From NCBI RefSeq assembly GCF_009914755.1, contig NC_060937.1: a stretch of DNA of 64,000 nucleotides. One strand, given 5' to 3'. This document shows, piece by piece, positions 1-13,614 of the stretch. The notes under the pieces are model-generated. The model worked only from the letters and a program-made list of their open reading frames with translations. It was not told the origin of the DNA and searched no databases. Position numbers and translations under genes: made by a program. The DNA comes from the human T2T-CHM13v2.0 reference genome, Homo sapiens. Each line of letters opens with the position of its first letter. Positions within the stretch are counted from its first letter, which is position 1.

Positions 1-2384
1 CTGTCTGTTTGTGCAACTCAAACACAATGGGAACATGCAACCTCTCTTACTCTGCTGAAATATTTTTAAAAAATCAATTTGTACTATATCAACAATGTGA
101 AGTTCATATATATTTAAAAGAAAGCAAAGCTTGTTCAAATTTCTCCTATTTTTAAAATAGGCTATGAAATATATCTTTTCTCTTGGTAATTGAGTAATTG
201 TTTCTTTAATATTTTATGTAATGAATGTTTATTGTAAGAAGCTTAAAAGAAGAAAAAATTCCTAATGTCTTTCTGCTTTTCTGCCTCACGATATATACTG
301 AGCATTTTCGTGCCTTTTAAATAGTTTTGTGATAGTACCATTGGTGTTGCATAGTATTTTATAGTATGTGTGTTCTTTATTTTATTTAGACATTTCTCTA
401 ATAATAAATATGTAGGTTCTTTGTATTTATTTTTGGAATTATTAAATAATAAAATTTTGGTACTTATATTGTTCTTTGTTTCTCTCTATTTTAAATTCCT
501 AAAGGAAATATTTATGGGTCAAAAGTTCTGAAAATTTCAACTTTTAATACAACTGCTGGGTTTATGGAAAGGCTGTGGAAACTTAACGCTATCATCACAG
601 TATGTTAAGAATGACAACCATACCATTTCCATGCCAAAATTCTATATGCTATTAAACTATTACTAGTATTTATTAATTGATAATTTTGCTTAATTTTTTT
701 GAATCAATTTTTTTGATTTATAAGAGTTTATATTCTATTAGCGTAGTTACGGTGACCATTTTTTTCCTTGGTTTGCCGTGTAATATTATGTTAGCTTTTT
801 ATGTGTTATTAATTTTTTTTAGTAGTTAAATCTACTTATTTTTTTCATTTGTTTGCTTTTGTAGAATAATATTGTGACTTGAAAGCTCTGAACTCTTCAG
901 ATATCACTTTTCCATGATTTTAATATTTGATTATCTCTTTAATACATATGTAATTTATTCTAATGTGTTTTATGATGTGGGTAGAATATTGATTTTTTTC
1001 AATAGTAAATTTTCCTAACATTCCTAACACCTTTTGTTGAATAGTCCATGTTATGTTTTTTACTCAAAACTTTTAAATAATTCTTGAACAACTTTAATCA
1101 TTTTTCTATAAGCTGAATATTTCTGGGTATCTTGATGAAACCTGATGCCAGATAGAAGGAAACAATCCTGTAACTTAAAGAGCTATGTAAGTTTGCACTA
1201 CATAGGTTGCTTTTGTCGTTTCCTATGTTTATTCTTCTGCTACTTACTGTGTTTATTAACAAATCTAATTTTTAGGTAACTTTAAATTTACAAACCTTCA
1301 ATATATTTACTTTTATTGAGATAAAGCAAAATTCTCCTAATGTAAATCATTTCTAATTGTTGTCTCTTTTCTCCCAGATATAAAAACACTCAGTTGTGTA
1401 CTTTTAGCCTTATTCTTTTTGTCTTTGTAAGTGATATATTTGATCAATGCCATTTGCAAAGGCCTTCACTATGTGTGCATCCAGTTAATCCAGCCAGACA
1501 TTTGAGGAATTGCTCTAGAGATGACTTTATGGATTCGAAAGAATTCCTTATTTTAACTTATTCTGTGATTAGATGTATATCAGAAATGGTGTTTCCAGTA
1601 AAACATCATCCTTAAATAGCATGACAATCAAGGATTTTTTTAAAATGACACAATATATATTGTTTTTAAAATACATACTTTTTGTTTATTAATAAGCTAT
1701 TTTGGACCATTTTCATGCAACCGCTTTTTTCTTTTTGAACTCAGAATTTAATAGAGGTGAAGGAGCAATTGTCTATCAAGCTATAGTTTTTCTTTGCATA
1801 GAACTCTGAAAAGCAGAAAAAGTCAAATTAAATCACTGATTAGGAATAGCTTGAGGTGAAAAGAGTAACATTTTAGGAAGCAATTGAAGCCAAAAGATTG
1901 AAAAACTATAAATGAGAAGAAAGCCTGAGGGTGATTAGGTCAGTATTCTTGTCATAGGGAAATAGTTTTCTTCATTGTCTTTAATAAAATGTGTCTCAGT
2001 GATTCCAGATGACACAAAAAATAGCGCTATGAAAATTTTCTAATTGTTTATTCATCTTTATGGAGTCTGAAAGGTTTATAAAGGAAAGCTTTAAAAACTG
2101 GTAGGTAGAAATAACATGGAGATTTTTTTTGCCTATGATATTTTCCCCCAAATAATGCTGAATTTAGAGATATGCACCATTTAACCAATGCACATTTGAC
2201 TAAAGCAATTCATCCCATTTGACCTATTTTAGAAGGTAGTTCTGGAATCTGTGGATTATCACATTTTCCTCTTGTCAAGGTTGAGATTTCAGTTAGATCC
2301 AACTAATGCTTTCTATTGGGCATAAGAACAAGAAAAGAGAGGAAACTTAAGAGCAAAGATGTTTGGTTTCTTGGACTCCTTATG

Positions 2385-2625
2385 TAAATAACAACATTCA
2401 TTGAATGTTAAGTACCAGGAACCATTCTAACTAACTATGCATGTGTGGGTATATACATGTATATATAGTTATAAACTGTTTATAATTAAACTGTATATAT
2501 ATAAAAATTAATATTTATCACTATTCTATGAAGTAGATACTATTAATATCTCCATCTAACATATGAGAAACAGAGGCTTACAGAGTTACATAACTTGTCC
2601 AGGGTAATGCAGCTGACAGTGTTAT
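2385..2625 (-). mobile_element. MIR SINE relic
   Basis: Reverse complement of the MIR core (ctccatctaacatatgagaaacagaggcttacagagttacataacttgtccagggt), with a TA-rich interruption. Confidence 0.75.
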
Positions 2626-3883
2626 TTGATTAAACAAAAGCTGAAGCCTTCCATTAAAATACATGAACAGTAAAAGAAGAAACAAATTATATTGAGAAAA
2701 TAGGTTTTGAATAAAAATTTGTAAGAACTCCAATTAGTCAACTTTATGTCTCTGGTTGTAATTCTTAGTGAATACTGATTTTGGGGGTGGGATATGGGGA
2801 AATGACCAGTGGGAGACCTTAGAGATCTCAATATTTCTAGGTGAATATTCTCTCAGTAAATAGGTAGGCCATCATTAAGCCTGAAAAAGTAAATTTTAAT
2901 ATGTTTAATGAAACAATAACTATTGATATTCAGTGTTTTAAATATCTCTTTTATTTTAGTTTAGTTTGGGATTGAGGAAATATCTTACATTGCTGTTTCA
3001 TTAGGACCTGAAACAGCTGCACTGTCTTTTATAATGATGCTCTGTTTTTGTAATGATGCTCAAGAGGCAATATATGTCTTCAGCGATTGACATTTGGTCA
3101 TTGCCAAGGTTCGTATCTGCATTTCAGACATCATCCTTTTCTCTGTCTCCTTCTGATATTTTAGGAAAATTGCATTTACCCCCATCTCCACATTTTGACC
3201 AAAAAGAAAAGGAGAGACAAATATAAAATGTGTATCAAGGTCGAGTTTAGGGGAAGTAATTTTACTTATTAGAGGTAAACAGATTTTCTTCGCTAGCTAA
3301 TATTACATAGGGCAATATTCTATAAAAGACTTGGAAATATATTGACAATGGGGCTTTTACTTACTTTTCTAGCATAAAACTAGATTTTTAAAAAACAAGA
3401 GTTATCTTCAATGGAACCTCATTTTTCTTTTTACGTCTTTCTTTCTTTTTTTTTTCTTGGTAACAAGGATTTGCTTGTTCTTCAGAAATTGAGCCAGAAG
3501 AGCAGTTTTCAGTTAATAGGATCTTAAGCCCCTACCACCAAGCTTAGCAATAATACATCCTTGATATTCTGAATATAAATATGCCACTTGACATATGTTG
3601 TCAATTCTATGGCAGCAAATAAAATGATACAATAATTATTGTTAGTATCTTTTGAATTTTACAATTAAGTTAATATTGTGATAGATGACTAATAAAGTAA
3701 AATGTGAATTAATATTGAATAGTCACATAAGACCAAAATAGATACATCAACCAAAATAGATACTGAACTTTTTATTCTATATACTTCTATATTTAAATAT
3801 AAACTGTTAAATAAATTCAAACAATACATATAAACTAAAAATATAGTTTTATTTTACTTGTCCCCCTCACCTCATCTGCTCAT

Positions 3884-4228
3884 TTCCTGGCAGGGCTACT
3901 ATAAAAGAATACCAATAGACTGGATGTCTTAAACAGTAAACATTTATTTCTCACAGTTTTGGAGGCCAAAAGCCTGAGGTCAGGGTGCCAGCATGGATAA
4001 GTTCTGGTGAAGGCACTATTCCAGGTTTCTTGTTGTATCCTCACATGGAGGAAAGAGGGTGAGGGAACTCTGTGGGATTTCTTTTATAAGGACGCTAATC
4101 CGGTTAATGGCAGCTGTATCCTCATGACCTCATAGTCTACCAAGGCTCTTCTCCATGATACCATTCTCTTGGGGGTTAGGATTGCAACATATGAATTTGG
4201 GGATGACACAAATATTCGGTCCATAACA
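3884..4228 (-). mobile_element. MLT1A-type MaLR solo LTR
   Basis: catttatttctcacagttttggaggc... ending ggattgcaacatatgaatttggggatgacacaaatattcggtccataaca, the reverse complement of the MLT1A start. Confidence 0.8.
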
Positions 4229-5689
4229 GCATGTACCTTTCTAGAACTTTTTCATGGTATAAAGATATAGAGATGTAAATATAAATATGTTTAATAGCTA
4301 TATAGATCTTGCATTAAAAAACACAAGATCATACTGTTTTTCTGCAAATTATTACTTAAAAATTGTCTTAATTGAGAATATACATATATATTTTAAGTGC
4401 TAGTTTTTCTTTTTATAGATTGACATTGTTAATTAAAGCCGTCCTTTCTGTGGTGGACATCTCCATACGCACAGACCCTATCAGAATTTGGGAGAATTCT
4501 TTGTTCTGACAGATCCTGTGGAGAAGCATAAATGAAAATGGAAGCTGTAGCAGAATCAGTGCTACAGAGCACTAAAGAGACTGTGAAGCATAGATTCTGT
4601 AGAGATGCACTTTCGTTTCATACTTTAGCAACTGTTATTCCTTTCTCTTCATATGCTGTTAAATTATAACCTGTCTCCTGCCCTAGTTTCTTCCAGACAC
4701 CTTCCATGAAATATTTGGTCAATTACTGCAGGCTGCAGTAATTTTTATGATGCTTCTCATTTGTCAGAGGACTTCCACAAATCCCAAATCATCTGTTAGT
4801 CTTTACCCTCTAACATTCTTTAACATTTCCCAGAAGGCAACTCAAGCTATGATAAACCTTGCATTTTAACGTTCAACATGATGCATTTTCTTTTTTTTTC
4901 ACCCTTTGAAAGAGGTCCAACATTATTACTTCCATGCTTTTCATATCTGTTAGTGTCAATATTGTTTGCCAGACACAAAGTAAATGACAGAAAGAGAGGC
5001 CACAGCTGAGTAAACAACACTTGTTGCAGAATATACTGAAAGTTGGATAAAATGGTAGAGCAGTCTAGCTGAGGCATTTAGAGCTTTGGCTGAGATTTTC
5101 AATAGAATGTGCTTTGCCAAGTTCTCATTGACTAGGAACTCAAGGCACAGAGAAAATACAAATGCACGTTTGTTGACACAGACATATTGTTTGTTGTAAA
5201 GGATTGTGATACACACATGTCATATGCCTGTGTTTATATATTATGTATTAGTAAAATTCTTCAGAGATAAAATAAGTGTTGTGTGGGCATGGCCAGTGGA
5301 TTATATATTCATACATATCTGTGTGTGCATATGTAGATATGTGTGTAGCACAGACTTCTAAGAGTGGAAATGCTGGGGAAGAGATGTTGAAGGACTTAGC
5401 AAATTGGAACTTCAAATAGAAAGTAATCTTTTCAATGCTCACTTCATTATATCTATGTAACATACCCACAATATTCCAATGAAATCATCCAACATTACAG
5501 GGGATATATAGGAGTGTACAATTTAAATCTTACCTTCAAAGATATTATTTAAATGGGGAAGATAAACACTTTACATTAAAAAACTTTAGATAAAAAATAA
5601 GTATTTTTTAGGTGGCATTGACTATGAAATTGTAAATGTAAGAGTGAAAAGTCAAAGGCTCTAAAATCAAAGAAATTTCCTCTAAAATT

Positions 5690-6700
5690 TTAAATTTTCA
5701 GAGGTGGGGCTAGCTTGTTATAGACCAACTGTCTCCAAGAGACTATCTAGAAAATCTAGACAAAATTAAAGAAAAAATGTCTGTCAAAAAGGATTAGAGA
5801 GCTACCAAGAAGGCTTGAGGAGCCAAGAGCTCAAAAGAAGAAAGGGGTAAAATTAAACTGACATTTGGTACCACTTTTTCTCATCAAAGCACCTGCCCAT
5901 TCTAAAGGAGGTTACTGAGATGATTAGAAGCTGAGCAAAACTGTTAGAAGGTCACAGGGTCAGAAACTAGATTCCAAAGACTACCAAAAAGAGGGCCTAA
6001 TTATACTCTCAAGGCTTCCATTGGTATTCCTGGAGGACTATACCCGTGGAGTAAGAGTGACCGTCTTGGTCTGTTCAGGCTGCTATAACAAAATACCATA
6101 GATTGGGTAGCTTATAAACAACAAAAATTTATTTGTTATGTCCTGGAGGCTGGGAAGTGCAGGATCAAGGGTGCCGATAGATGCAGTGTCTCCCGAGGGC
6201 ATGCTTCCTGGTTCATAGCCATTTTGCTGTGTCCTCATATGGTGGAAGGGGGTAGATATCTTTGGGGTTCCTTTTATAAGGGCACTAACTCGCCTCATGA
6301 GGGATCTGCCCTCATCCTATAATCACCTCCCAGAGGTCTCACCTCCTAATGTTATCACCTTGGCAATTAGGATTTCAAAATTTGAGATTTGGGGAACACA
6401 AAATTTTGACCATAGTAGTCACCTTTCACAAAGAGCAACCTTCACAAAGCATAAAGCTTTGCTTTGAAGCAGCTCAGTAATAGATTAAGTATGTTTGACC
6501 ATAACAGCCTGCCAGATATCTCATCCAGAGACTCAAATTAGCTCTATGATATTTCATATAAAATCCTGACTTTCAAATTACCAAGAATGGAAGGAAATGA
6601 CATTACATAAATAAAATCTATGGGAAAATAAATGGAAAATAGACACAGATCTACAGGACATCCAGACATTCATAAAAATGAACAAGGACTTTAAGATAAT
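5690..6700 (+). mobile_element. Ancient L1M 5'/ORF1-like relic interrupted by MLT1A
   Basis: A-rich degenerate similarity to old L1 5' regions; boundaries approximate. Confidence 0.35.
6062..6417 (-). mobile_element. MLT1A-type MaLR solo LTR
   Basis: gtcttggtctgttcaggctgctataacaaaataccatagattgggtagcttataaacaac... to ...gaccatagta. Confidence 0.8.
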
Positions 6701-7929
6701 TGTAAGCCCCAGTTACTGCCGTCACCACCATTTAATATGGTATGGATATATGCTTTCTTGGCTACTTTCACAAGTTCCTGTTACCTGCCTGGATGTTTTT
6801 AAGCCATTTCAGTTTACTTCCCTTGCTTAATTTAGGTGGTGGTCTTTGTTTTTTGAACTGCTCTTCTCAGTACCTTTTGTATGCATGTTGATAACTTGGT
6901 AAACCACACATGAAGATACCTTTCTATGAACTGCCAGTTTATCTCCCTTGCTCAATTCTTCATTTCCCAGGACTCTCAAATAACCCTTCCTTCTGAACCT
7001 ATAATCCTCTTTCCCCCCCATTAAAAGTAAGAGTGGCGGGAACCTAAAGGAAGATGTATAACTCAGCCACTTAAGTTGGAAAGTGTCTTGGACATTTTCT
7101 GCAGAATTCAGGTGTCATACATAAAACTACACAAAAGTGGAAATTGGGGATCTCAGACCCTTCATCAATTTGACATTTCTTAGTAATAACCTTGTCTTAT
7201 TTGGACACTGAACTCCAGCCCCTTAACACACCTGGGAATTAAGGCAGGTGATCTTCTCCTGCAGGCCATGGCCTAGGACACCTTCTCTGTTCTTCTGAAC
7301 TCATCTCCAGTGAGAACTGTGGGGGTTTAGTTGAGGACCTATGGTACCTGCTGGTGAATGGTTGAAATAATCTCCTCAAGGAGAGCAACATGCTGTTCCC
7401 ACTTATATAAGAATTATAGGTAACTGAGGCTAATTTAAAATGTCCACAAGCTGGAGATAACTCATTATTTAGAGATCTACTGGCTAGAAGGGGATATCCA
7501 CAGTCACCTTTGTAAGAGAAAACATGTAGTTGACATATTTTTACTGTCTATCTAACATGCTTTTCTCTTTTATTATAGTATTAGCCATGCCCCACCCTCA
7601 TTTCTATCCCCTCACCACTGTAGAGAAGGGGTCAATGAAGATACCTTGTCTTTATGGTCAAAGGGATAGACATCTAATTCAGGGCTGGCCAAAATTGAGC
7701 CAGAGACTCCTTTTATAGATACATCCATCCATCCTCTTTTCTCCTCTACACCCGCCTCCCCACCTCCCCACCTCCCCCCTACACACCCCACTGAAACAGG
7801 GAGAGGTAACAGTGAGTTTCTCTTTCTTTGTCCTGGGACTGATAAGTAAAATTGTCTATGGTCTATTCATCTTATGGAAGTGATCAAAACTCAACAGATG
7901 GAGAACAAATGCCAAAACTCATATACAAA

Positions 7930-8040
7930 CACCATATGAGGAGATAGGCATGTTAATTTGCTTGGCTGTAGTAATCATTGACTGTGTATATCAAAACATC
8001 ATGTTATACACTTCAAATTTATAAAAAATTTATGAAAAAA
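7930..8040 (+). mobile_element. L1MA/MB 3' end fragment, probably inside an old MLT1J/K-like LTR (~7525-8215)
   Basis: gcatgttaatttgcttggctgtagtaatcattgactgtgtatatcaaaacatcatgttatacac followed by an A-rich tail. Confidence 0.6.
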
Positions 8041-10041
8041 GGTTATAAAGATACAAAGAAAACCTAAAACACATAGACACACACAAGGAGAGAGAGACAC
8101 AAGGGAGAGAGACAGAGACCATTTTGGTCATTTCACCTCTGAATCTAGGCTTGACTCTTTAGTCATGTCAGGTTTTAGTTGGCTTTTTGTAACTTGCACT
8201 AAGAGAGTACTTAGTAGCCCAAATATAAGAGTGGATGGCAAATACCCAAAATGGAGAGGCTCCTTGAATGTGTGCAACATTGAAAAAGCTAATGAAATGT
8301 GAAGCAGCTCTGACACAGCTTCATGTAGAGTTGGATTTTAGGATTTTATCATGATCCTACTAACTTAGAATATATGATGCTTATAAAATATGATGTATAT
8401 TCTTTACAACTATAATCTTAAAATTATTTTTCTTGTTTCTTTTAATGGAGAATTCAGAATAAAAATGGACCTTAAGAAACACATTCTTTCAGCATGCCTT
8501 AGAATTAGGTATCAAACAATGAATTACTTTATGTTAGGAGGGTTTTATGATTTGAAAAAAACCACATAATAGGGATTATTATAAATATTTTTGAAACATT
8601 AATGTTTACTTATTTGTACACTATTATATATTAAAATTTAAGACAAAAGAAGCTGAATTACTTTAGAAATATTGGTACAGTTGAAAAGTTTACCATCACA
8701 TGAACTTTTTCTCAGTATTTGGAAATACTGGAATTCTACTTTAATATATTTCAATAACTTATCTTTTCTTTGCTTCTGAGGTGGAATGTTTTAATATCCC
8801 ATAGAAGATCTTATATACATGGCATTTGAAAATGCAATCTTGACTGAAACGACTGTCTGAAACTATGAAACAGAATATTTATTCATTTATTTGGTAAGTT
8901 CAAGAAATGTCATGCTAGAGGTGGAGTAAGATGGATGAATAGAAGGCTCCACAGATAATCCTCCCCTCCTCATGCAACCTGCAGGAACACCAAATTTAAC
9001 AATTATCTACACAAAAATCACCCTCATAAGAATGAAAAACCAGACCACCAATGTGATACCATTGAGTCTGCAAGAACCACAGCATAACTGGGCTTGGAGT
9101 GCCTCCTAATGCAGACATGGCTGAAATCACGACACCTAAGTCCTTTCAAATATCTGGAAAGCTTTCCCAAGAAAGACAGGTACAAACATGCCCAAGCTGC
9201 AGACTGCAATAAATACCTAAATCTTCAATGCCCAGACACTGATGAACATCCACAAGCATCAACACAATCCAGAAAACATGACCACACCAAACACAATAAG
9301 GAAGCAGGGAACAATCCTGGAGAAACAGATAAGTAATCTTTTAGATAGAGAATTGAAAATAGCTGTTTGAAGAAGCTCAATGCAATTTGATATAACACAG
9401 AGCAGGAATTCAGAATTCTATCTGATAAATTTAACAAAGAGATTGAAATAATTAAAAAGAATCAAACAAATTCTGGAATTGAAAAATGCAGTTGAACATA
9501 AGAATGCATCAGTCTCTTAATACTAGAATTGATCAAGCAGAAGAAATAATGAGCTTGAAGACAGGCTAATGATTGACAGTACTCAGAGGAGATAAGAAAA
9601 AAGATTAAGAAACAATGAAGCATGCCTACATGATCTAGGAAATAGCCTCAAAAGAGTAAATCTAAGAGTTATTGGCTTTAATGAGGAGGTAGCGAAAGGG
9701 ACAGGGATAGAAAGTTTATTAAAAGAAATAATAACAGAGAATTTCCCAAACCTAGAGGAAGGTATCAATATGCAAGTACAAGAAGAGTACAGAACACCAA
9801 GCAGATTTAGCCCAAAGAAGACTACCTCAAGGCATTTAATAATAAAACTTCCAAAGGTCAAGGATAAAGTAAACATCATACAAGCAGCAAGAGAAAAGAA
9901 AGAACATACAATGGAGTTCCAATACATCTGGCAGCAGACTTTTCAGTGGAAACCCTATTGGCTAGGAGAAGGTGGTGTGACATAAAGTGCTGAAGAAAAA
10001 AAGAAACAAAAAAACTTTTACTCTAGAATAGTATATTCAGC

Positions 10042-10042
<1 letters not shown>

Positions 10043-10085
<43 letters not shown>
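10043..10085 (+). repeat. Pure A43 homopolymer inside L1 ORF1
   Basis: Direct read. Confidence 0.95.
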
Positions 10086-10088
<3 letters not shown>

Positions 10089-13000
10089 CTCAAACATGAA
10101 GGGAAAATAACGATGGTCCCAGACATACAAAAGCTGAGGGATTTCATCAACACCAGACCTGTACTACAAGAAATGCTAAAGGGAGTAGTTCAATCAGAAA
10201 GAGAAAAAACATTGAGCAATAAGAAATCAACAGAAGTTTAAAAACTCACTGGTGATAGTACCCAGAAAAAAGCTCCAGAATATTCTAACACTGTGTTATG
10301 TAAACTACTCTCATCTTAAGTAGAAAGTTAAATGATAAATCAATAAAAATAATGACAACATTTCAAGACATAGACAATACAATAAATGTAAATTGAAACA
10401 AAAAAGTTAAAAACCAGGAGGATGAAATTAAAGTTTAGGGTTTTTATTAGCTATCACTTTGCTTGTTTGTTTATGCAAGCAGTGTTTAGTTGTTATCAGC
10501 TTAAGATAATGGGTTACAAGATAATATTTGCAAGCTTTATGGTAACCTCAAATCAAAAAATTGATACACAAAAAGTAAAAAAAAAAATCATACCACCAGA
10601 GAAAATCACCTTCACTAAAAGAAGACAGAAAGGAAGGAAAGAAGAGAAGACCACAAAACAACCAGAAAACTAATAAAATGGCAGGAGTTAGTCCTAACTT
10701 ATCAATAATAACACTGAATGTAAATGTACTAAACTCTCCAATTGGAAGACTTAGAGTGGTACAGTGGATAAAAAACAAGACCCAATAATTTATAAGAAAC
10801 ACGCTTCACCTATGAAGACATACATAGATGGAAATAAAAGGTTGGAAGAAGATATTCCATACAAATGGAAACCAAAAAAGAGCAGAAGTAACCATACTTA
10901 CATCACACAAAATAGATTTTTAGAAAAAAACTACAAAAAGAGACAAAGTTATTATATGATAAAGGGACCAATTCAGCAAGATGATACAACACTTACATAT
11001 GCATCCAATACTGGAGAACCCAGATATGTAAAGCAAATATTATTCATGTTATATATAGAGAGAGACCCCTAATACAATAAGAGCTGGAGACTTCAACAGC
11101 CCACTTTCAGAATTGGACAGATCTCCCAGACAGGAAATCAACAAAGAAATATTAGACTTATTCTACAGTATAAACCAAATTGAACAAATATATATTTACA
11201 AAGCATTTTGTTGAATAGCTGCAGAATATGCATTCTTCTCCTCAGCACATGGATCATTCTCAAGGATAGAACTTACGTTAGATCACAAAATGAGTCTTAA
11301 AACATTTTAAAAATTGAAATAATATAAAGCACCTATGTTAACCACAATGGAATAAACTACAGATCAATAATAATAACAATTTTTGAAACTGTACAGATGT
11401 GCAAATTAAACAATGTGCTTCTGAATGAACTGTGAGCCAAACAAAAAACTGAGGAAAAATTTTACAATTTTCTTGAAACAAATGGTAGTGAAAACACAAG
11501 ACCAAAACCTATAGGATACAGCAAAAGCAGTACTAAGAGGGAATTTTATAACTATAAGCACCTACATCAAAAAGAAGAAAAACTTCAAATAAACAACCTA
11601 ACAATGCATCTCAAGTAACTAGGAAACCAAAACCAAAATTAGCAGAAGAAAGAAATGATAGTGAATAGAAATAAGTGAAATTGAAAGGAAGAAAACAATA
11701 CAAAAGATGAATGAAAAAAAGTGGTTTTTTTAAAAAAGTTAGAAACATTGCCTAACCTTTAGTTAGGTTAAGAAAAAAAAAAGAGAGAAGACCCAAATAA
11801 ATAAAATCAGAGGCGAAAAAGGAGACATTACAACTGATACTGCAGAAATTCAAAGGATCATTAGTGGCTACTATGAGCAGCTATATGCCAATAAATTGGA
11901 AAAATCTAGAAGAAACGGATAAATTCCTAGAACATACAACCTACCAAGATTGAACCATAAAGAAATCTGAAACCTGAACAGATCAATAACAAGTAATGAG
12001 ACCAAAACCATAACAAAAATTCTCCTAGTAAAGAAAAGCCCAGGACCCAATAGCTTCACTGATGAATTCTACCAAACATTTAAATAACAAATAGCAAATC
12101 CTACTCAAACTATTTCAAAAAATAGAGGAGGAGGAGATACTTTGAAACACATTCTACAAGGCCAGTATTACCCTGATAACAAAACCAAACAAGGACACAG
12201 AAAACAAGAAAACTAAGGCCAATATCTCTGATGAATACTGATGCAAAAATCCTAAAGAAAATACTAGCCAACTAACTTCAACACAACATTCCAAAGGTCA
12301 TTTATGATGATCAAATTATGTTTATCCCAGGGATGCAAGGATGGTTCAACATATGCAAATCAATCAATGTTATACATCATATCAACAGAAAGAAGAACAA
12401 AAACTGTATAATCATTTCAATTGATGCTGAAAATCATTTGATAAAATTCAACATCCCTTCATGATAAAAACCCTCAAAAACTGGAACATACCACAACACA
12501 ATAAAAAGCTGTAAACAATAGACCCACAGCTATATCATACTGGATGTGAAAACCTGAAAGCCTTTTCTCTAAGATCTGGAACAAGACAAAGATGCTCACA
12601 TTCACCACTGTTATTCAAAATAGTACCAGATGTCCTACCTAGAGCAATTAGACAAGAGAAAGAAATAAAGGGCATTCAAATTGAAAAGGAAGAAGTGAAA
12701 TTATTCTTGTTTGCAGATTACATGATATTATATTTGAAAAAACCCCAAGACACTGCAAAAAACCTATCAGAACTGATAAATTCAGTAAAGTTGCAGGATG
12801 CAAAATGAACATACAAAAAATCAGTAGCATTTCTGTATGCCAGCAAGAAACAATCTGAGAAAGAAATCAAGAAAGTAACCCCACTGTCAATAGCTACACA
12901 TAAAATGCAATAGCTAGGAGTTAACCAAAGGAGAGAAGATCTCTACATTGAAAACTATAAAATACTGATGCAAAAAATTGAAGAGGATCAAAAATATGGA

Positions 13001-13614
13001 AATATATGCCATGATTCTGGAATAGAAGAATCAATATTGTTAAAATGTTCATACTACCCACAGTTTCAATGCAATCCCTATCAAAATACCAATGATATTC
13101 TTCATAGAAATAGAAAATCCAATTCTAAAATTTGTGTGGAACAACAAAACACCCAGAATAGCCAAAGCCATCATAAGCAAAAGGAAAAAAACTGGAGGAA
13201 TCACGTTTCCTGACTTCAGATTATACTACAGAGCTACAGTCCCCCAAATAGTATGGTACTGGCATACAAAGAGACACACTGACCAATAGAGATTAATATT
13301 CTCTATTCTCAACACAGTGGAGAACCCAGAAGTAAATCTATACATCTGCAAGTGAACTCATGTTTGACAAGGTACCAAGAACATACACTGGGGAAAGGAC
13401 AGTCTCTTCAATAAATGGTACTAGGTAAACTGGATATCCATGTGCAGAAGAATGACACTAGACCCCCATCTGCAGCGTATACAAAAATCAATTAAAATGG
13501 ACTTAAAGACTTAAATCTTAGCCCTCAAACTATAAAACTAGTAAAAGAAAGGGCTGGGAAAACTTTCCAGGACATTGATCTGGGCAAAGATTTCTTTAAT
13601 AATATGCTACAAGT

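Noticed and set aside
9094-13289. ORFs resembling L1 ORF1p/ORF2p
   Set aside because: Short frameshifted remnants of a dead L1; no intact ORF
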